DNA of 26,228 nt from a virus (IMGVR_UViG_3300003393_000048:1-26228), one strand, 5' to 3'; shown: positions 1 through 7,195, counted from the first letter of the stretch. Program-made: numbers and translations. The notes: a model not told the origin generated them from the letters alone.

Positions 1-10
1 ATGAATACTT

Positions 11-478
11 GACCTGATGCTTCAGTCACACTTAGCCCTTTACGGACTAAGATTAACATTTTGACCCGAAGTCCAATGCCACATTCAACTAAAGCAACTG
101 TTACCAGTTAGGGCGGTCACGCTGTACCCTTTTACACTCATCTTATTATGACGCTACAGTATGAATCTAGTTGAACTCACGCATACTGTATGTAGGATGT
201 AATTGTCAACAGAGCCTACTCTTTATAGCTTTACGTATACTAAACCCAGATCTTTTCAAGCAAGTGATCTACGTCCTGTCAAGGATAGTGGTTTTAGTCT
301 CCGCTACTGCACGGAAGTTCCTTCCCCAGCGCAACCCTAGTGCCTGGTTTTATGGGTGTCATATATCGGCGACACAAGCCTATCAGTAGTAAATGAGTAC
401 GGGGGAGTTTAAGGGAGTTAGCGGTTTACGCAGGGAGTATATTGATTTATCTGCTGTACAGATGAGTTAACCGTGCAG
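11..478 (-). ncRNA. Putative large structured non-coding RNA (family not recognised; may extend beyond the window's left edge)
   Basis: No credible ORF. Minus-strand hairpins: CUUAGUCC-GUAAA-GGGCUAAG (51-31), a C(UUCG)G hairpin (80-56), UAACUG-GUAA-CAGUUG (110-95), a 9-bp stem 155-163/182-190, GUAGG/CCUAC (192-219), a multibranch domain 239-299 and GUGUC/GACAC (356-375). Mismatches on the plus strand become G-U pairs on the minus strand. Confidence 0.72.
391..440. repeat. Helically phased GAGT/GGGAGT motif array
   Basis: GAGT at 395, 405, 415 and 435 (10-bp register), three of them as GGGAGT; a further GAGT at 464. Confidence 0.5.
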
Positions 479-904
479 TTAAAGTTTATTTTTAATATGA
501 TTTTTATGCACTTTGAGTGAGATGATGCCGTTGTAGTAGTCTGTAGATTCTAATACTTTTCTATCAAATTGTTCTTTTGCTTCTATGTAAGAGCATACTG
601 CTTTTGCGTTGCAATAGTGCAGTATCTCTCTTTTAAATTTATCTGTGCCTAGTTGAGCTATGTCTGCTAAAAGTTCTACACTTGAGCCATAATATGTTTG
701 CCAATCGGATTCAATCTGACTCTTGATCTTCTTCCGCTTTTTTGTACCATTTTTAAGTTTAACAACCCGGTATGTGGTTTTAGAAAACTTTGACAGCTTC
801 TTTCCCACATACATTCGGTTGTTAGTTAGGTTTGTTATAAGGTACACAAACCCAACACAGTCATCAGGTAATGAGTCTACAACAGTATCGTTGTAAAACC
901 ACAT
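479..904 (-). CDS. Stand-alone GIY-YIG nuclease-domain protein (Seg-like catalytic domain only)
   Basis: GFVYLITN...YVG, YYGSS, FKREIL, a conserved Glu (IEAKEQ) and terminal YYN motifs; 141 aa; start overlaps the upstream stop (TAATG). Confidence 0.8.
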   Translation of the reverse strand: MWFYNDTVVDSLPDDCVGFVYLITNLTNNRMYVGKKLSKFSKTTYRVVKLKNGTKKRKKIKSQIESDWQTYYGSSVELLADIAQLGTDKFKREILHYCNAKAVCSYIEAKEQFDRKVLESTDYYNGIISLKVHKNHIKNKL

Positions 905-1095
905 TACTTTGGAGCAGCAGCCAACGCTTCTTTTTCAGCAGTAATTTCTTTACGGCGTTCTTTGATGGCTTTGCTCATTTCCTGTAGTGCTTTACGAGCA
1001 CGGGCAGCAGCGGCCTTAACACCTTTGCCTGCGAACTTTTCGTTCTCAGACTTGTATGCTTCAAATTGTTCTAATAGTGTTTCATGAGTTGTCAT
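904..1095 (-). CDS. Histone H1-like (Hc1-type) small basic protein
   Basis: KGVKAAAARARKALQEMSKAIKERRKEI resembles the Hc1 motif GNKAAGTRARK. AAAGGA SD precedes the ATG at 1095, favouring it over 1116. Confidence 0.65.
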   Translation of the reverse strand: MTTHETLLEQFEAYKSENEKFAGKGVKAAAARARKALQEMSKAIKERRKEITAEKEALAAAPK

Positions 1096-1105
1096 GTTGT
1101 TTCCT

Positions 1106-2881
1106 TTAATTTTCAATTACCTGTGTATCTGCTTCTAGCATAGTGAATCCATTTTCCTTAACAACCATAAGCACGTTATTAACACGACTTGCTAGTTCAT
1201 CTCGGTGTGAGATTAAGAAAATATTACGATTCATCTCTCGACCCATTGACTTTAGAACTGACATAGAGTGTTCAATGCCCACACTATCCATTCCAGAATC
1301 AACAAGCTCGTCAATAAACATCAAGTTCATTGGCTCAGTGAAGCTTTCGTACACATCTCTAAAACTCCAGCTCAATGCCAGAATTAAACGATTTCGTTCA
1401 CCTCGACTCAAATTATCAAAATCGAAACTTTGTCCTAGTTGGCTAATGTCTACTTCCAAATCACTTTTAAATGTGACAGTGTGTGGTAGTTGTAGTTTGT
1501 CCAAATAGTAACCTAGTCTATGATTTAGATACGCTAAGTTCTGTTCAATAATTCGCTTTCGTACAAAAGAGTCTTTGCTGGTTAATAACTTTAACAAAAA
1601 CTCTTGATGCTCAAGTAGCTTACTTACTTTGTTTATGTCGTCCCAGCTAACCAAAGCTAGGGCAGTATGTTTCATTGCTTCGATCTGTTCCTGGTAAGGA
1701 TCTTCTTCTTGAGTCTTTAACTCAAGCTGCCGACGGATGTTTTCAAGATTATTCTTGTGTGCAGCCGCGTCAGTGACGTCTTGATATTTGGTCTTTGGAC
1801 GATCACCTAGAACACCAATGCTACGAACAGCCATGTCAGCTTGTGCTAGATATCCATGTTCTTCACGAAGCGCATTAACTGTTAGATCCACAGCAGACTG
1901 TGCATCAGTGGCCATTTGGTCATGTTTCTCATCATGTACATCTTGACCACAACTGGGGCATTGGTGATCCTTGATAGAAGCCAGGCTCTTTTGTACCACG
2001 CCTAGTGCATCTTGTAGCTTCTTGACATTACTTTGACGAGTAGCTAATTCTTTATTGGCCAGCTTGAGTCGGTTCTCGTTTTCTTTGTAAAGGGCAACAG
2101 CACGGTGAGCTTCTAACTCTGCTTCAATATCAGTGTTTTCTAATTCTGAAATAGCAGCCACAAAGGTTGTTACATCAGATTCTTTCTTACTAGACCAAAC
2201 ACGACTGCGGCGCTCTAAATCATCGATGCTGGTTTGAACACGGGCATTGCTTTCTTGCAGGGCCTTGATACGTGACTCTTCATCTTTGATGTCGTCTTTA
2301 CTTTTCTTAATGAACTCGCGAAGGATCTCGGCCTTTTCACTTAACTGAGTAATGCCAAGCAGTTCTTCAATAATATCACGTTGCTCACCACTCTTAAGAC
2401 TTAAGAAAGGTTGTGTATAAGTGTTGAGCGCAACAAGGTGCTTGAACATTTCACTACTCATACCTACTACACGTTCAATTGCTTCTTGCGTAACACGATT
2501 TTCACCAGCACCTTCGTCTGTATTTGCTTCGTTAACATCTTGGTCGTCAACTAAGAAGCGAAGCAGGTTAGGCTTACGTCCACGTTCAATCGTATACTTA
2601 GATCCATTCTTTTCAAACTCAACAGTGACCAACATACCTTTGGCATTGGTCTTGTTAATTAAGTTTTCTTTACGGATGTTAGTTAGCGCATTGCCGTAGA
2701 TAGCATAGGATAGTGCATTGACCATTGTAGTTTTACCTACGCCGTTGCGAGCACCGTCACCACCTAAATCGAGATTGTTACCAAGTACTAGCGTCAAGCC
2801 ATGTTGGTTCATGCGAAGGCCCTGGGTAACATTGCCCACGCTCATGAAGTTTTTAATTGTAAGATTGTTAAACTTAATCAA
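1106..2881 (-). CDS. gp46: Recombination endonuclease ATPase subunit (T4 gp46 / SbcC / Rad50-like)
   Basis: IKNFMSVGN start, Walker A NGVGKTT, coiled coil with CPSC zinc hook, LSRGE signature, Walker B FIDE and ISH motif; TTG start overlaps the gp47 TGA. Confidence 0.95.
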   Translation of the reverse strand: MIKFNNLTIKNFMSVGNVTQGLRMNQHGLTLVLGNNLDLGGDGARNGVGKTTMVNALSYAIYGNALTNIRKENLINKTNAKGMLVTVEFEKNGSKYTIERGRKPNLLRFLVDDQDVNEANTDEGAGENRVTQEAIERVVGMSSEMFKHLVALNTYTQPFLSLKSGEQRDIIEELLGITQLSEKAEILREFIKKSKDDIKDEESRIKALQESNARVQTSIDDLERRSRVWSSKKESDVTTFVAAISELENTDIEAELEAHRAVALYKENENRLKLANKELATRQSNVKKLQDALGVVQKSLASIKDHQCPSCGQDVHDEKHDQMATDAQSAVDLTVNALREEHGYLAQADMAVRSIGVLGDRPKTKYQDVTDAAAHKNNLENIRRQLELKTQEEDPYQEQIEAMKHTALALVSWDDINKVSKLLEHQEFLLKLLTSKDSFVRKRIIEQNLAYLNHRLGYYLDKLQLPHTVTFKSDLEVDISQLGQSFDFDNLSRGERNRLILALSWSFRDVYESFTEPMNLMFIDELVDSGMDSVGIEHSMSVLKSMGREMNRNIFLISHRDELASRVNNVLMVVKENGFTMLEADTQVIEN

Positions 2882-3900
2882 ACTGTTAGTCCCTGATAAA
2901 TTTGTGTTAGAATTTGACGATCTATAACATCAGACTCGATTGCCTGGATCTGATTGAGCACGATTGCATCAACAGACTCAAATTGAATCTCCCCGCCTGT
3001 CCACTCGGTTGCGTGTTCTTCTTTCTTACCGGGAATAAGACTTAACTCACGCATGTTATAAGCTTCTGCCCATTGCTCTTTAATATATGTAGCTTCCTCA
3101 AATGAGATATCTACGTCAATTGTAATGCGGGCAAATGTTTGAGCATCAAACAATTCTTCATGTCGATCAATGGCCTGAGTCAGTGTAAGCGTTTTAAACT
3201 TGGGAGCCATTGGCCATGTGCGAAAATCTGGTTCACCACCGTGCTCTAAGAACATACAGCCTCGTTCGTCATCCCAGGCGTCTGCGTAGTTGTGCGGGAA
3301 GCAATTGCCCATGTATATAATGTTGCCTTTGCGCTGGCGCTTGTGAAAGTGTCCTGAAAATACAAGTTCCTGATTAGGAAAATGTCCAGCATTAAGTCCA
3401 CCATGATCTGGCATTTCTACCATGGCGTTCATTTTAAAGCTAGGCAGTTCAAAGTGTCCAAATACATAGCGACTCTTCAGCTTTTTCATAGTCTCCCACT
3501 CGTCGCCTACTAGCCAAGGAACAATAGTCATGTCACCTACTGTCAATGGCTCATCAACAAGTACAACATTACTCAAATGCTTGGCGAATGGCAGCGAGTT
3601 GATCTCGCGCTTCTCACGATATGCAAGATCATGATTGCCCATAATAACATACACCTTTTCAAAGTTCTCCGAGAGATACTTGATATTGGATGTGGTGTAG
3701 TTTAATGTGCTTACGTTTACAGTGGACCGATTGTTATGCCAGTCACCAAGAAAGATGCATGTTTCAGCACCTTCTCGCTTGGCTTCTTCTACCATCCACT
3801 TGATAAAGTTTTCACAGTCATTGTTGTGACTACGACTGTTATTGCGTAGTCCAAAGTGAATGTCTGTGAAGCAAACTGCTTTTTTAAAAGATTGAGTCAT
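2878..3900 (-). CDS. gp47: Recombination endonuclease nuclease subunit (T4 gp47 / SbcD / Mre11-like)
   Basis: Metallophosphoesterase motifs DIHFG, LGDW, GNHD, GHFE and SGHFH; adjacent to gp46. Confidence 0.95.
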   Translation of the reverse strand: MTQSFKKAVCFTDIHFGLRNNSRSHNNDCENFIKWMVEEAKREGAETCIFLGDWHNNRSTVNVSTLNYTTSNIKYLSENFEKVYVIMGNHDLAYREKREINSLPFAKHLSNVVLVDEPLTVGDMTIVPWLVGDEWETMKKLKSRYVFGHFELPSFKMNAMVEMPDHGGLNAGHFPNQELVFSGHFHKRQRKGNIIYMGNCFPHNYADAWDDERGCMFLEHGGEPDFRTWPMAPKFKTLTLTQAIDRHEELFDAQTFARITIDVDISFEEATYIKEQWAEAYNMRELSLIPGKKEEHATEWTGGEIQFESVDAIVLNQIQAIESDVIDRQILTQIYQGLTV

Positions 3901-3906
3901 CAGTTA

Positions 3907-4101
3907 TTATAGCATTTCTTCAAGCGTGTGTCTACAACGGACCAGCTCGTCTTTAAGGAAAAGTTTTCGTTTCTTAAGAGTTTGGGCAACTGGCGTATCG
4001 TTTTGATGTTGTTGTTCAAGGATCAATAATTGTTTTTCAAGACTATCGTGATGGATCACTAAGTGATCAATATGTCGCTTTAAGCTATCTGGATGTTTCA
4101 T
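3907..4101 (-). CDS. DUF465/YdcH-like small coiled-coil protein
   Basis: HDSLEKQL...LKKRKLFLKDEL pattern; AAGGAG SD upstream. Confidence 0.65.
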   Translation of the reverse strand: MKHPDSLKRHIDHLVIHHDSLEKQLLILEQQHQNDTPVAQTLKKRKLFLKDELVRCRHTLEEML

Positions 4102-4103
4102 GT

Positions 4104-4505
4104 TTACTCCTTAGTTAAGAATGGTGCAAGCTCGGGTGCCTTCCAACCTAGTGGCTTAAGGACCTTGCCATCTTCCCGCTTGCGGACCTTGCCTGTTTCT
4201 TTATCCACTTTGGCAAAGTTAGTCATCATAACTTCTTTCCAGCCGCCTTCGGCATTCATTCCTGCCGAATGCATAGCACCAATGGTAACAACTACAATGT
4301 CTAGCAGTGCATCAAGTGTCTCGACCATGTCAACTGGACCTACTTGCTCTCCAGTCTCTAAGTCGATACCTTGTGCTACTTGCAGCTCGTCGAATTCTTC
4401 TTTGATGAGTTTAAGATACATTTTGAATTGTGCTTGATTGCTACCGTCGACACTTTGGTCGCAAGCTCGCATGAATGTCTCTTGGTCACGGAACGGATTT
4501 GTCAT
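4104..4505 (-). CDS. MazG-like (DR2231/PRA-PH type) nucleoside triphosphate pyrophosphohydrolase
   Basis: LIKEEFDEL, ETLDALLD, EVMMTNFAK and REDGKVLKP motifs. Confidence 0.85.
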   Translation of the reverse strand: MTNPFRDQETFMRACDQSVDGSNQAQFKMYLKLIKEEFDELQVAQGIDLETGEQVGPVDMVETLDALLDIVVVTIGAMHSAGMNAEGGWKEVMMTNFAKVDKETGKVRKREDGKVLKPLGWKAPELAPFLTKE

Positions 4506-5506
4506 TATGCTTCCTCGCTGTCTTCTAAAATAATTTCTGAAACTTCGATATCAGCATCTACATCAATGTCTAACTCAATGTCAGTTGCAGGCGCTTCTGT
4601 TTCAAGGTCAGCAGACGCTGGATCTTTGAGTGCATTAAAACGTTCAATGCCTTCAAGGTGTGCTTGTTGGCTTTCCATCTGTCGAGTCCAGCTTGGCATT
4701 TGACCCGAATCACATAACAAGTCGTCACGGATATCACGTTGACGTTTTTCTACGTTAAGCACACGAGTAAAACTGTTTGTAACTGCGGCAGTGTAATAAG
4801 CAAACGGGTTTTGTGATTTACCTTCGTCAAACTGTAGTGCAATTTGTGTTAACTGAATCAAAGCCTGGCCACGCATTTCGTCTACATAGCTATAGCCGCG
4901 CCAGTTGCTTCGAAGGCTGTAACGTTCGCATAGTTTCAAGAACATTGCACCAAGACGATTTGTAATCTGTCCATGATCTTTGCAAAACTCTCCAGTTGCT
5001 AAATCGCCTTTCCAATGACTACGAATCACTTCCCGCCAGGCACCATCTTCATTTTGAACAAAGTGCTTGAATGGGGGAAAGTTTACCTTGGCGCGATGAT
5101 CAGCAATGCTCTTTGGATTGTTTTTACGTCCCGGCTCTAGTGGAATATGTTCAAATGTCATCATGCGGATAACAAGATCAGTAACTGGAATCTTTTTAGG
5201 ATTTACTTCAAATTGATCTTGTTTTGGCTTGGTACTTGCTTTGCCCTTGGCAGCTTCCCATTCGGCAATAGCAGCTTGGTAGGCAGCAGTTTGCATCCTG
5301 GCTGCACGAGCTTCACGTGCCAAGTTAACAGCACCTTCGGGGCATGCTTTGGTCTTACGATTATGAAAACTCTTTAATTCGGTTACAATGTAATCATACT
5401 GTTCAAATTCTTTGCCCTCTTTCCAGCAGTAGTTCATTTTACTTGCATGGATTGCGGCCAAGATATCTTTGTTTTTTAGGTAAATGGTTGTTGTTTTTTC
5501 GGTCAT
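4505..5506 (-). CDS. gp55: Late-transcription sigma factor (T4 gp55-like) with large insertion and acidic tail
   Basis: YLKNKDIL N-terminus; NWRGYSYVDEM...FDEGKSQNPFAYYT...EKRQ core; gp55-gp47-gp46 synteny as in T4-like phages; AAGGAG SD at 5518-5513. Confidence 0.88.
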   Translation of the reverse strand: MTEKTTTIYLKNKDILAAIHASKMNYCWKEGKEFEQYDYIVTELKSFHNRKTKACPEGAVNLAREARAARMQTAAYQAAIAEWEAAKGKASTKPKQDQFEVNPKKIPVTDLVIRMMTFEHIPLEPGRKNNPKSIADHRAKVNFPPFKHFVQNEDGAWREVIRSHWKGDLATGEFCKDHGQITNRLGAMFLKLCERYSLRSNWRGYSYVDEMRGQALIQLTQIALQFDEGKSQNPFAYYTAAVTNSFTRVLNVEKRQRDIRDDLLCDSGQMPSWTRQMESQQAHLEGIERFNALKDPASADLETEAPATDIELDIDVDADIEVSEIILEDSEEA

Positions 5507-5524
5507 GTGTAGCTCCTTGTGTTA

Positions 5525-5554
5525 AGTATAACATAGAGTTGCGGCCATTGTCAA
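5525..5554 (-). promoter_or_regulatory. Sigma70-type promoter for the gp55-gp47-gp46 operon
   Basis: TTGACA (5554-5549), 18-nt spacer, TATACT (5530-5525) with an extended -10 TGn. Confidence 0.8.
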
Positions 5555-5582
5555 CGGTAATATACCTACTTTATAGAAACGG

Positions 5583-5588
5583 TAAATA
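5583..5588 (+). promoter_or_regulatory. Putative gp55-dependent late promoter core (TAAATA)
   Basis: GGTAAATAGGT at the head of the rightward block; the same 11-mer occurs at 11455-11465; resembles T4 TATAAATA. Confidence 0.65.
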
Positions 5589-5606
5589 GGTATGGAGAAA
5601 CTTTTA

Positions 5607-6254
5607 ATGAAGATCAATGAGCTAAATTCCCGCATAGTTGCAGTGTACGCTGGACGCTTCCACCCGTTCCACCATGGACATGCTGAAGTGTTTCGTGAAC
5701 TCGCGAGCAAGTTTGGCATCAACAATACTTACATCACCAGTAGCGGCAAAGTGGAGCCAGAAAAGAGTCCGTTTACATTTGCTGAAAAATCCGCAATGAT
5801 GCAGGCAGCTGGTGTGCCGGCCAAGAACATTGTAGAAGAAACAGTGCCATACGCACCTGTTAATTTGCCATCAAAATTGGGACTTGACCCAAATAAAGAT
5901 GTTATGGTGTTTGGTGTAGGTGCAAAGGACATGGCCGAAGATCCACGTTTTGGTTTCAAGCCATTGAAAGACGGCTCTCCAAGTTACTTCCAGCCATACA
6001 CTGGCAAGAATTTACAGCCATTCAGCAATGCTAAAAATGCTGATGGTACCCGTGCTGGCCATGCTTACATTTACCCTGTGCGTGATGTACAGTTTAGCAT
6101 AGCAGGACAAACAATCAACAGTGCAAGCCAAATTAGAAACTTGTACAAAGCAGCAGATGATGAAGGACGTGTGGCAATGTTACACGAATTATATCCTGAT
6201 GGTGGCGCATTGATTGACAAAATTAAACGCATCTTTGATGCCAAGTTAGGATAA
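5607..6254 (+). CDS. HxGH cytidylyltransferase-superfamily nucleotidyltransferase (NadM/NMNAT-like fold)
   Basis: GRFHPFHHGH motif, SPFTFAEK and SASQIR. A GGAG SD at 5594-5597 favours the ATG at 5607 (MKINEL) over 5592. Confidence 0.8.
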   Translation: MKINELNSRIVAVYAGRFHPFHHGHAEVFRELASKFGINNTYITSSGKVEPEKSPFTFAEKSAMMQAAGVPAKNIVEETVPYAPVNLPSKLGLDPNKDVMVFGVGAKDMAEDPRFGFKPLKDGSPSYFQPYTGKNLQPFSNAKNADGTRAGHAYIYPVRDVQFSIAGQTINSASQIRNLYKAADDEGRVAMLHELYPDGGALIDKIKRIFDAKLG

Positions 6255-6258
6255 CATT

Positions 6259-6894
6259 GTGGCTAATTTAGAAAGCAAAGTCCAAATTGAATTCAAAGCA
6301 TTTGCCGAAATGGGCACAACAGATGCAAAAGGTTATAAAACCGGCGAAAACGACAGCCGATCACCTACCTATAAAGGGCCAAGCAACAATCACATTTTGG
6401 TCTGGCCAAGTACTCCTAAGATTTCTCAAAGCATTGAAGTGAATTACAGCACATGGGAACTGCAACACACCAACTATCAGCCCAGTGCGTTTGGTAATCG
6501 CTCAACTCCAGTGGTGACTATTAGTGGTCCTTGGTTTAGCCGCACAGAAGATGAAGCAAAGAAAACATTGACTGCTATTCATTTATTACGTAGTGCAACC
6601 AGTATGTTTTACGGCCGTGAAGATAAAAACAAAGGAACACCTCCTCCAATTGGTCGTTTAAATGCACACGGCTTGTATGCAAATACTCCAGTTGTTGTAA
6701 AAACGTTTCAGTACGATTACCCAAACGATGTTGATTACATCACCGTTGACATGTTCAACGGTAAACAATCGGTACCTGTACTATTTGAAATGAGCGTTAG
6801 TTTGATCGTACAAATCAATGCAGTTGAAGCAGTTAAAGATTATACTTTAGAAAACTTCTATACTGGCAAGTTATTAGGAAACGGATATATTTAA
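6259..6894 (+). CDS. Putative baseplate/tail-tube initiator protein (gp48/gp54-like)
   Basis: WPSTPKI...QHTNYQ...ISGPW...PPPIGRLNAHG...VVVKTFQYDYPNDVDYI pattern; located before gp53 and the hub; GTG start. Confidence 0.55.
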   Translation: MANLESKVQIEFKAFAEMGTTDAKGYKTGENDSRSPTYKGPSNNHILVWPSTPKISQSIEVNYSTWELQHTNYQPSAFGNRSTPVVTISGPWFSRTEDEAKKTLTAIHLLRSATSMFYGREDKNKGTPPPIGRLNAHGLYANTPVVVKTFQYDYPNDVDYITVDMFNGKQSVPVLFEMSVSLIVQINAVEAVKDYTLENFYTGKLLGNGYI

Positions 6895-6895
6895 A

Positions 6896-7195
6896 ATGGC
6901 AACCACTGGAAAGAACCAATACGCTGATACACCAATTCAAGACTTTTATCTAGACTTGGCCAAGCTGCCAACGTCAGCAGATATCACAGACGGTAAAACA
7001 ACAGAAACTATTGTCGTTGGGCCCAAATACCAACATCGTCCAGACTTGCTGAGTTATTCGCTGTATGGCAACAGCAGCTATTGGTGGGTGATTGTACTTC
7101 TCAATCGTAACCAACTGAAAGATCCTATTAGAGATTTAAAAACAGGAATGGTACTTCGCGTACTAAGCAAAGCAGACATTGCTGGAGTGATATAA
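6896..7195 (+). CDS. gp53: Baseplate wedge protein (gp53/LysM-like)
   Basis: YQHRPDLLSYSLYGNSSYWWVI...DPIRDLKTG motif. Confidence 0.75.
   Translation: MATTGKNQYADTPIQDFYLDLAKLPTSADITDGKTTETIVVGPKYQHRPDLLSYSLYGNSSYWWVIVLLNRNQLKDPIRDLKTGMVLRVLSKADIAGVI

Noticed and set aside
31-302. Group I intron interpretation (GAGACUA near 301-295 and UUAGUCC near 50-44 resemble R/S elements; GIY-YIG gene adjacent)
   Set aside because: No interrupted host gene, the upstream Hc1-like gene is complete and coupled to the nuclease, no P/Q elements were found, and both segments have better local partners. A cmscan would settle it.
171-389. 72-aa plus-strand ORF
   Set aside because: TTG start, no SD, no recognisable motifs, and it lies antisense across the structured-RNA region.
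1-478. tRNA, tmRNA, RNase P or CRISPR array
   Set aside because: No cloverleaf or T-loop, no GAGGAAAGUCC core, and no repeat-spacer periodicity.
1096-1116. Longer N-terminus (MKIKGNN) for the Hc1-like ORF
   Set aside because: It overlaps the gp46 end, and the SD sits directly before the ATG at 1095.
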